Of a stretch of 47,075 bases of DNA, positions 22,832 through 31,900 are shown piece by piece; positions within the stretch are counted from its first letter, which is position 1, and each line of letters begins with the position of its first letter. The position numbers and the translations under genes were made by a program. Below the pieces are notes generated by a model. It was not told the DNA's origin. It did no database searches and saw only the letters and a list, made by a program, of their open reading frames with translations. Origin of the DNA: Candidatus Amphirhobacter heronislandensis (lineage in GTDB: Bacteria > Pseudomonadota > Gammaproteobacteria > Tethybacterales > Tethybacteraceae); NCBI GenBank assembly GCA_001750625.1, contig MEIE01000005.1, forward strand, positions 1-47,075, in the 5' to 3' direction.

Positions 22832-23506
22832 TCAGGATTTCATCATGGTTTCCTGAAATCTCCGATCAAATTCCTTTTCCCTGACCCAGCTAAAGCGCTT
22901 AGGGCTGACAAAAGACGCTGCCATGCGGTTGGATATCAAGCCAGCGATTTTTGCCTGGAATGACCGATCTTCAGGATTCTCGTGGTCCCCCTCCTTCGAG
23001 CTGTCGTCAGGCACCAGCATGATATAGTGGATGTTTGCATATTTGAAGATGCTAGCCAGCTCTCGATCCACTCCCACTTGATACATTCTCTCGAGAATGA
23101 GGAGCGTGGCCTGCGCTTTTGCGACATGCTCTTCGCAGAGTTCCCGGAAAATGAGATTCCAGATCTTGCGGGCACGCCGGCTTTCGTTGATTTTCGCAAT
23201 CAAGCCACGTCTATCTTCCTTGGCGAGGCCGGGCGCCAGATTTTTCAAGGCTTCCTTGAAACGATCTAAAGCGAGGTCGACTGATTTTGCGAAATCAGTC
23301 TTTTCGATGAGGACGAGACTTTTGCCCTCTTCAGTCTCGACGACTTTGTAGTAGTCGCAGCGATGCATGCGCCCGAAGTCAGCCCAGAGCTGGAGCACGA
23401 AAGACTCGCGTCCGTCCTCCTCATCAAGGCTCACCGCCTCGATGGCACTTCCTGCCGCCACCCGCTGCCGGTAGCAGTCGAGGATTATGATCCTAAGCGC
23501 GAGCAC
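22832..23506 (-). CDS. hypothetical protein coupled to the ATPase gene; possible PD-(D/E)XK-like nuclease
   Basis: 224-aa ORF overlapping the ATPase 3' end; CDY...LVLIEKTD resembles a D...ExK motif (weak). Confidence 0.55.
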   Translation of the reverse strand: MLALRIIILDCYRQRVAAGSAIEAVSLDEEDGRESFVLQLWADFGRMHRCDYYKVVETEEGKSLVLIEKTDFAKSVDLALDRFKEALKNLAPGLAKEDRRGLIAKINESRRARKIWNLIFRELCEEHVAKAQATLLILERMYQVGVDRELASIFKYANIHYIMLVPDDSSKEGDHENPEDRSFQAKIAGLISNRMAASFVSPKRFSWVREKEFDRRFQETMMKS

Positions 23507-24768
23507 GCATCATTTCTCCGAAAAGGATTTGCATGTACACTTCGTTCAGCGAGTCCTGAATGAACTTGTCCTTGGTGAAGTAGTTCGCGGCGACTATCCG
23601 ATCGAGAACATCACTGTCCCTGACGCTGTATTTAAGATACTGGAGCGTGAACGTGCTGTGCGTCGCAATCACTATATTGATCCCTTTCAGGGCAAGCTTG
23701 GTTAAAACAACCGCCAGCGACGACTGCCATGCCGGATGCAGGTGCAGCTCGGGATCGTCTATGAAAATGGTTGAGTTCTCCTGCACTAGGCCCCGCTCAA
23801 CAAGTGCCAGCGGAGGCCATTGAAGCCTCGATTCTGAGGCCTTTCTTCCCCTTGAAATAAAGCTGGCCGCCTTCGTACTCGAACTTTCCTCCTATGATTT
23901 CGCTGATTTGATCCAGCTCTTCTTGGAAATCCCCTTGCGCGGCCCGAGGGAAGTCAAGCATCTTCGACAAATCCTCGTGGTAAGAAGGAAAGCATTTGGC
24001 CAAGCCATTCCCCCTTGGCATCCTGAAGCTTTCGATGCTGACCTGGGTTTCCAAGTTATCCAGATAGATGACAGAAGGCATGCCGCTTATTTTTGCAGCA
24101 TTTTTGACTGCGACCTTGCATTTGTTGCCCGTAGTCGCGAAGCTAAGCGCGCCCTTGATGTCGAGGCTGAATTCTTTTCGCTCTCCAGCTGCCAGCGCTG
24201 AAAGCCTGGGCGCCATGAAACTGCCCAGCAGCAAATCCGGCAAGGTCCGTTCAAGGGATTTGTGAAGAATCTTTTCCGGCGACAGCCTGGCAAAGGCCTT
24301 GATCGCCCGCACCGCGCGCTGGATTTCCTCGTAGTCCGTGCGAGACCCCCTCTTTTTGGCGGCAGCGGCCCCATTGGCCCGTTTCTTCGCGGCGCCGTTG
24401 CACATGGCTTCCGCCGTGAAAGCCGGCGCGGCGGCTACGGCGCGGACGCGCTCAACATAGCTCGCGCCGTCCCGCTCCAGGAAATGCAGGACATGCGCTG
24501 GCATCTCCGCAAGCTCCGCGATTTCCCGCCTCAGCGGGTCGGAACGCCTCCTGGCTCCGTAAGGCAGCAGCCGATGAAGGGTTTCGATCTCATGGCCGAC
24601 GAGGTTCCAGGCGTGATTGGAGTTGACCGCCCGCAGCGCCGAGTACAGCGTCTTGGCGGCGTAGGTCTTGCCCGAGCCGTTCCAGCCGCAGAACAGCGTG
24701 AGCCCGCCCAGGCCGATGCTCCCATTAGGGAGATTGCCCAGATTTTTTATGCTCGCAGTGAGTTTTAT
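23493..24768 (-). pseudogene. ABC-type (AAA_15/AAA_21-like) ATPase, copy A, frameshifted at about 23805
   Basis: Walker A GWNGSGKT, signature-like ASAG, then in another frame IFIDDPELHLHP and ATHS; 26 nt missing relative to the paralog; start uncertain (ATA at 24768 proposed). Confidence 0.75.
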
Positions 24769-24987
24769 GGTGAATTCCTGCCCCGGGACAATTATAACAT
24801 ATGTTTTTCTTTTTTTCAGACAAGACCGGAAAAGCCCGGTACTACAAGCAAAAATATATCCTTTGCCGCCTGGTTTCATCGAAAATCAGCTCCGGCGCGC
24901 TCCAAAGGCTGGGAAATAGGACGCCAGCCATCTCCCCTTCGGCTCTTCACCCTGCCCTCTGCCTGCAGAGATCGATCTCCCAAGTGC

Positions 24988-26352
24988 CTAGTCGCCGGCA
25001 AAGCCCCGATACATGGTGCGCACGTAGGTCTCGCTGAGCATTGCCTGGACCTGCTTCATCCTGTCGTAGTTATTGTCGTAATCCTTGAGCTCCCCGTTGA
25101 TTCCCTTGCCGCAGCTGCAGTGATTCACCGCGAACATCTTATCGAAAGCCTCGCTGTTCCGCGCGCGGTATTTCAGATGCTGGATTATGTAAGGGCTGTT
25201 CGTCACCAGCACTATGTTGATTCCGTCCAGCGCCAGACTGGTCAGGATCTTGGAAAACTCGACCTGCCACGCCGGATACAGGTCCGCCTCGGGCTCGTCA
25301 ATGAAAATCGTGGCGTTCTCCCGCAGCAGCCCCCTCTCGGCAAGCAGTCCCAGAATTCCAAGCCGCCGCACGCCAGCAGAAGCCAGCGCGGCGTTGATTC
25401 TGCGCCTCTTCTTCTCCTTGAAATGCAGGACGCCGTCTGCGTACTCGAGTTTTCCTCCGATGGTTTCAGCGATCTGGGCGCCAATGTCCCGAGAAAGGCC
25501 GGACGCGGACGGCGGACGGTCAAGCATGTCCAGGAAATCGTTGTGGTAGCAGGGAAAGTCTTCCGCTATCCCGTGCTGCGACCTCAGCCTGCCGAAGGCC
25601 CTTATCAGGCCGCTGCTGATCTTGGCCTCCATCCCGTCCAGGTAAATGACTGACGGCATCGCGCTGATTTTCGCAACGTCCTTGACCGCAAGCCTGCATT
25701 TGCTGTCCGCCGTGGCGAATCTCAGCACCCCCTTGATGTCAAAGCTGAAACCGCTTTTCCCGCCGGCGGCCAGCGCCGACAGCCCGGGCGCCATGAAACT
25801 GCCGAGCAGCAAAGCGGGCAGCGAGCTTGCAAGGGATTTTTGCAGCACCTTCTCCGCCGGCATCCTGGCAAATCTTTTGATCGCCTTTATTGACCTCTCC
25901 ATCTCGGCGAAATTGGCCTCCGCCACCCTGTCAGTGATCCTGCGGCCGTTCCTGAACCTCTTGGCGAATCCGGGATGCAGCGCCTCCGCGCAAAAACCCT
26001 GCCGCCCGGCCAAGGCGCGCACGCGCTCAGCGTAGCGGCCTTCCTTCAGGAGATGCGGGGGCATCCCCGCGAGCTCGGTTATTTTCCGCCGGAGGACAGC
26101 GGTCTTCCCAACAGGCCCGGCAGGCAGCGAGTGAGCGATCGTTTCGACATCATGGCCGACGAGGTTCCAGCCATGGTCGGCGTTCGCCGCCCGCAGCACC
26201 GAGTACAAGACCTTGGAGACATAGGTCTTGCCCGTATTGTTCGGGCCGCAGAGAAGCGTGAGGCCGCCCAGGCCAATCTCCCCCTTGGGAACCTTGCCCA
26301 GATTGGCTATGGAAGCGGTGAGTTTAATTTTGAAATCGCTACCTCGGGGCAT
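24988..26352 (-). CDS. ABC-type (AAA_15/AAA_21-like) ATPase, copy B
   Basis: Walker A GPNNTGKT, ASAG, Walker B IFIDEPE, H-loop position VTNS; colinear paralog of copy A; start may be ATT at 26328. Confidence 0.85.
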   Translation of the reverse strand: MPRGSDFKIKLTASIANLGKVPKGEIGLGGLTLLCGPNNTGKTYVSKVLYSVLRAANADHGWNLVGHDVETIAHSLPAGPVGKTAVLRRKITELAGMPPHLLKEGRYAERVRALAGRQGFCAEALHPGFAKRFRNGRRITDRVAEANFAEMERSIKAIKRFARMPAEKVLQKSLASSLPALLLGSFMAPGLSALAAGGKSGFSFDIKGVLRFATADSKCRLAVKDVAKISAMPSVIYLDGMEAKISSGLIRAFGRLRSQHGIAEDFPCYHNDFLDMLDRPPSASGLSRDIGAQIAETIGGKLEYADGVLHFKEKKRRRINAALASAGVRRLGILGLLAERGLLRENATIFIDEPEADLYPAWQVEFSKILTSLALDGINIVLVTNSPYIIQHLKYRARNSEAFDKMFAVNHCSCGKGINGELKDYDNNYDRMKQVQAMLSETYVRTMYRGFAGD

Positions 26353-26469
26353 ATTATAACATGATTTTCATTTTTTGCAGGCACGCCTCGCCTTGCGCAG
26401 GGCCAGGCTAGTAAAATACAACGCCTTACCAAGGGATTTTTTCAAAAAACCAGCCCCGGCGCAGTGGAA

Positions 26470-28920
26470 ATGCAGGACAAATACGACGCCAAGGCGGTCG
26501 AGCAGGCCGTCCGGCGGCGCTGGGAGGAGCGCGGCGCCTTCGCCGTCAAGGACGACGACCCCCGGCCGAAGTACTACAGCCTGTGCATGTGGCCCTACCC
26601 CTCGGGCGACCTGCACGTCGGGCATCTGCGCAACTACTCGATCGGCGACGTCTGGGCGCGCCACAAGCGCATGCAGGGCTTCAACGTCCTGCAGCCGATG
26701 GGCTGGGACGCCTTCGGCAAGGACGCCGAGCTCAAGGCCCGCAAGGAAGGAATCCACCCGGCCGCCTGGGTGGAGTCGAACACCGCGAACATGCGCCGCG
26801 AGCTCAGGGAGCTGGGCTACATGGTCGACTGGAGCCGCGAGCTGGCGACCTGCAACCCGAAGTACTACCGCTGGGAACAGCACCTGTTCCTGCGGATGTG
26901 GGAGAAGGACCTGGTCTACTACAGCCCGACCAAGGTGCTGTGGGACAAGGCCACCGGCACGGTGGTGGCGCGCCGCGACGTCGACGACGGCAAGGTGGCG
27001 CGGCAGGACGTCGAGGTCAGGGAGTTCCCGGCCTACCAGATGCGCCTGCGCCGCTACGGCGAGGAGCTGCTGGCGGGCCTGGCGAAGATCGCCTGGCCGG
27101 AGAAGATCGTCAAGGACCAGCAGTACCTGATCGGCCGCAGCGAGGGCATGAGCATCAGGTTCGCGCTGGAAGCCCCCGCCGCCGGCCTCGAGGAGATCGA
27201 GGTCTACACGACTCGCCCGGACACCCTGATGGGCGTGACCTACATGGCGGTCCACGCCAGCCACCCGCTGGCCGCGGCGGCCGCCGAACGCGACCCGAAG
27301 ATAAAGGAGTTCTGCGAGCAGGCCCTGCAGATCCTGCCGATCGACGCCGGCAACGCCGACAGCGAGAAGAACGGCGTCGCGCTCGACGTCCGCGTCCTCA
27401 ACCCGGTCTCGGGCGAGCCGGTCCCGGTGTGGGTGGCCGACTACGTCATCGACGACTACGGCAGCGGCGCGCTGATGGGCGTGCCGGCCCACGACGAGCG
27501 CGACTTCAGCTTCGCCCGCAAGTACGGCATCCCGATCGTCCGCGTCAACGCCCTGCCCGGCGCCGACCCGGCGGCGCCGGTCGAGCAGGCCGAGGTCGCC
27601 AAGGGCGTCGCGGTCAACAGCGGCCCGCTGGACGGCCTCGACCTCGCCGGCTGCGTCGCGAAGCTCGAGGAGCTGCTGGGCCCGAAAGGCAAGGCGCGGC
27701 GCGACCACAACATGAGCCTGCGCGACTGGCCGATCAACCGGCAGATGTACTGGGGCACGCCGATTCCGATCATCAAGTGCGCCAAGTGCGGCCTGGTGCC
27801 GGTGCCCGACGAGGACCTGCCGGTGGAGCTGCCGCTGGACGTCGACTTCCTCAAAGAAGGCCTCGCCTCCCACCCCGAGTTCGTCAACGCCAAGTGCCCC
27901 AAATGCGGCGCGGACGCGCAGCGCGAATGCGACACCATGGACACCTTCGTCAACTCCGCCTGGTACTACGCCCGCTTCGCCTGCCGCGACGCGGCGGACG
28001 AGATGGTCGCGGCGCGGGCCGCGCCCTGGCTGCCCTGCGACCACTACTTCGGCGGCGACGAGCACGCCCAGGGCCATCTGGTCTACGCGCGCTTCATCCA
28101 CAAGGTGATGCGCGACCTGAAGATCCTGCCGCCGGAGTCCGGCGACGAGCCCTTCGCGGCGCTGCTGTGCCAGGGCATGGTCCTCGGCAGCGACCGCAAG
28201 AAGATGTCCAAGTCGCAGGACAACACCGTGATGGCCAAGGACATCCTCGAGCGCTACGGCGCCGACACCGCGCGCATGTACATCATCGGCATCGGCAATC
28301 CCAAGGACGCCTACCCCTGGAACGAGGAGCACGTCCGCGACCACGCCCTGTTCCTCGAGGCGCTGTGGACCCTCGCCCGCGAGCGCCGCGAACAGGTCGC
28401 CGCCGGCGCGGACGCCGAGCCGGCGGCGGCGAACGGCCTCGCGCTCAAGCGGCTGCAGGCGGCGATCGACCGCAACCTCAAGGAGCAGCGCTTCAACAAC
28501 CTGGTCTTCGGCGGCATCCACTCCATCCGCAACCTGGTCCGCGACAACCCCGAGGACGCGGGCCTGCAGCATCAGGGCTTCGCCGCGCTGCTCAAGACGC
28601 TCAACCTGATCGCGCCGCACGTCGCCGAGGAATTGTGGGCCGGGCTCGGCTACGAGGGCCTGCTGATTGACGCCTCCTGGTGGGAGCCGATCGCGGCGGC
28701 CGAGCTGCAGGGCGACGAGCAGCTGTACGTCGTCCAGGTCAACGGCCGCAAGCGCGACGAGCTGACGGTCGCCGCCGGCCTCGGCGACGAGGAGGTGATC
28801 GCGGCCGCGCGCGCCTGCGCCAACGTCGCCCGCCACCTCGAGGGCAAGCAGGTCGCCCAGGCCAAGGTCGTGCGCAAGCCCGGCGGCCACGGCATCGTCT
28901 TCTTCGTCGCCAAGGGATGA
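26470..28920 (+). CDS. leuS: leucyl-tRNA synthetase (divergent, catalytic motifs intact)
   Basis: MWPYPSGDLHVGH, GWDAFG, TTRPDT and GVPAHDERD editing site, DTMDTF, KMSKS, VVQVNG. Confidence 0.9.
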   Translation: MQDKYDAKAVEQAVRRRWEERGAFAVKDDDPRPKYYSLCMWPYPSGDLHVGHLRNYSIGDVWARHKRMQGFNVLQPMGWDAFGKDAELKARKEGIHPAAWVESNTANMRRELRELGYMVDWSRELATCNPKYYRWEQHLFLRMWEKDLVYYSPTKVLWDKATGTVVARRDVDDGKVARQDVEVREFPAYQMRLRRYGEELLAGLAKIAWPEKIVKDQQYLIGRSEGMSIRFALEAPAAGLEEIEVYTTRPDTLMGVTYMAVHASHPLAAAAAERDPKIKEFCEQALQILPIDAGNADSEKNGVALDVRVLNPVSGEPVPVWVADYVIDDYGSGALMGVPAHDERDFSFARKYGIPIVRVNALPGADPAAPVEQAEVAKGVAVNSGPLDGLDLAGCVAKLEELLGPKGKARRDHNMSLRDWPINRQMYWGTPIPIIKCAKCGLVPVPDEDLPVELPLDVDFLKEGLASHPEFVNAKCPKCGADAQRECDTMDTFVNSAWYYARFACRDAADEMVAARAAPWLPCDHYFGGDEHAQGHLVYARFIHKVMRDLKILPPESGDEPFAALLCQGMVLGSDRKKMSKSQDNTVMAKDILERYGADTARMYIIGIGNPKDAYPWNEEHVRDHALFLEALWTLARERREQVAAGADAEPAAANGLALKRLQAAIDRNLKEQRFNNLVFGGIHSIRNLVRDNPEDAGLQHQGFAALLKTLNLIAPHVAEELWAGLGYEGLLIDASWWEPIAAAELQGDEQLYVVQVNGRKRDELTVAAGLGDEEVIAAARACANVARHLEGKQVAQAKVVRKPGGHGIVFFVAKG

Positions 28921-31900
28921 GCGCTTCAGGCGTGCGCTGCCGCGCGATGCCGCTGAGCCTGAGCGAGGAGCTCAACGCCGGCTCGTGCCGCAGCCTGCTG
29001 CTGAGCGACGTGATCGCGCGGCTGCGCCGCATGCAGGGCGAGCGGGTCGAGCCGGGCGCCAGCTGGGACAGCTTCGGGGCGGGCGTGCACATCGCGGCCA
29101 AGAACGAGGGCCTCGCGCCGCAGACCTACGTGCGCCGGACCATCGCCGCGCACCGCAGCGCGCTCGAGCGCCTCGACCTGCTGCTCGATCCCGGCGCCAT
29201 GCTCGACACCAGCGACCCGGCGCACGTCAAGTGGATCCAGGAGCTGTTCGTCCTGCTGTGGCGGGAGCGGCCGGCGACGCTGAACGAGGCCAAGGCGCAC
29301 AGCCACGCCTACTGGGATCCGGGGACCAAGAGCAACCTGGCGCTCAAGCAGATCGTCAACGGCCGCGGCTTCTTCTCGGGCATGCTGATCGAGATCCGCG
29401 AGGCCAGCTCCTACGAGATCCCGGTCTCGGTGGAACTGGGCGAGCGGCTGCTGGCCGGCCTCGAGCGCCTGGTCGGCTGGGACGACTTCGTCAAGAGCAT
29501 GCAGCGCGAGAGCGTCGGCCTCGAGGACGGCCTGCGCATGAGCTTCGGCCTTTTCGATCCGGCCCACCGCCGGCTGGAGCCGCTGGAGATCTTCACCTCG
29601 CGGCCGGACACCCTGCTCGGGACGACCTTCATCGCGGTCGCGGCCGACCATCCGCTGGCGCGGCGCATCGCGCACGACAGCGCCGCGGTCCGCGCCTTCC
29701 GCGAGGAGGTGATGCGGCCCGAGTACGCCTACCAGCGCCTCGGCGACGACAAGAGCCGCGACGGCGTCGAGCTCGGCGTGTACGCGGTCAACCCGGTCAA
29801 CGGCGACCACATCCCGGTGTGGGCGACCAACTTCGTGGTCGCGGGCTACGGCACCGGCGCGGCGCTGGGCATCCCGGGCCACGACCTGCGCAACCATCAT
29901 TTCGCGCTGCGCCACAACCTGCCGATCCGCCGGGTCGCGGTCGAGGACGGCGCCGACCCGACCGCCCCGATCAACTCGCCCTACGTCCACAAGCAGGGCC
30001 GCGCGGTCAACAGCGGCGCGCTGGACGCGGCGATCAACCGCCGCAAGAGCAGGCTGCGGCGCGAGGGCAACGACGGCGGCGGCGCCAGCCTGCGCGCCAA
30101 GCAGGACTGGGACCGCGGCGTCGCCGAGGAGGTGATCGCCTTCCTGGCCGAGCGCGGGGTCGATGCCACGCCGGCGACGATGGCGCGGCTGCGCGGCTGG
30201 AAGATCAGCCAGCAGGACTGCTGGGGCTATCCGGTGCCGCTGGTCCACTGCGAGGCCTGCGGGACCGTGCCGGTGCCGGCCGCCGAGCTGCCGCTGATGC
30301 CGCCGAAGTACGCCGAAGGCAAGGAGCTGCTGAGCGACTACCCGGCCTTCATCGCCTGCCGCTGCCCGCGCTGCGGCGGCAAGGCCGAGCGCGACGCCGA
30401 CACGCTGTCGAGCTATTTCGACGCCGCGGTCCAGCATCTCGCGGCCGGCGGCAAGAACATGACGTGGCGCGGCAAGGCCAAAGCGCGGCCGGTGGACTAC
30501 TACTGCTGCGGGGTCGAGCACGCCACCAACCATCTGCTGACGGCGCGCGTCATCCAGCGGCTGCTGGCGCAGGCGGGCCGGCTGGCCGGCGCGGCCGAGC
30601 CCTTCGCCGCGCTGCTGTGCCAGGGCACGGTGCTGAACTACGGCCTGCCGATGGCGCCGGGCTACGGCAACGCGGTGAGCGTCGCGAGCCTGCTGGACGC
30701 CTACGGCGCCGACCTGCTGCGGCTGTACGTCGCGACCGCGGCCGATCCGCGCCACCCGCTGCACTGGGACGAAAGCCGGCTGCTGGCGCTGCAGGGCGTC
30801 ATCGACGGCAAGGACCTCGCGGCGCTGCGGCGCGGCCGCCTGCGCGGGCTCAAGGCGGACAAGGTGGCGAACATGCTGAGCCCGCGGGAGCTGCGCCGGC
30901 TGCGCGAGGGCCTGCTGGGCCCCGAGGAATACGGCCTGCTGCTGCGCGACCGCCTGCCGGCGGCGCGGCTGCGCAAGGTCAAAAAAATCATCGGCGTAAG
31001 CGAGCTGGCGCGGCTGCGCGAAGGCATGTTCAGCGCCGCGCAGCTGCGGCGGCTGCGCAAGGGGGAGCTGACGCCGGCCGAGCAGGCCGCGGCGGCGGCA
31101 GAGTTCGACGCGCTGGAGCTGCGGCGGCTGCGGGACGGCCTGCTCGAGCGGCACGAGTTCGCCGCCCTGCTGCGCGGCGAACTGCCCGCCAAGCGCCTGG
31201 GCCAGGTCCAGCGCCACTGGCCGGCGGCGCTGCTCGCGAAGCTGCGCGCCAGCGGCGCCGACCCGGCCGACGCGGCCGCCGTCGCCGAGCTGCAGGAAAA
31301 GATCCTGACCCCGCTCGAACTGGTGGACGCTTTGCGGCAGGAGCAGCGGCTCGCGGCCGAGCGCAAGGCGCGGACGGTGCTGCGCGACGCCGACGTCCAG
31401 CGCCTGCGCGGCGGCCTGCTCGACCGCGGCGAGTGGAAACGGCTGCGCCAGGGCAAGCTCGCCGGCGCGAAGATGAAGGCGGCCAGGGAGCTGGCCGGCG
31501 AAGACGGGCTGGCGCGCATGCGCGGCGGCCTGCTCGACGAGGACGAGTTCGCCGCGCTGCTCGCCGGCAAGCTGCCGGCGGCCAGGCGGGCGCGGGCGGC
31601 GAAGCTGGTGGGCGAGGCGGCGCTGCGGCGCCTGCGGGCGGCGCGCGGCGCGCTGGCGCGGCTGCCGTTGCTGGAGAAGATCATGCCGGCGGAGCGCCTG
31701 TTCGGGACGCTGGCGGCCGGCGAGCCGGACGCCGGGCTGCGCCGGCGCCTGCTGGCCGTGCTCGACGCCAAGGAGCTCGCCAGCCTGCGGCAGGCGGCGG
31801 CCGCCCTGCCGGCGGACGGCTGGGTCCGGCTGACGGCCTTCGTCGACGAGCGGCGCATGGCGCGGCTGTGCGGCTTCGTGCCGGCCGCGAAGGAGAACAA

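Noticed and set aside
23797-23799. TGA in ATPase copy A as possible selenocysteine or readthrough
   Set aside because: Homology continues in a different frame, so this is a deletion frameshift.
21010-26460. Prophage, IS or integrative element explaining the islet
   Set aside because: No integrase, transposase, tRNA target or flanking direct repeats were seen.
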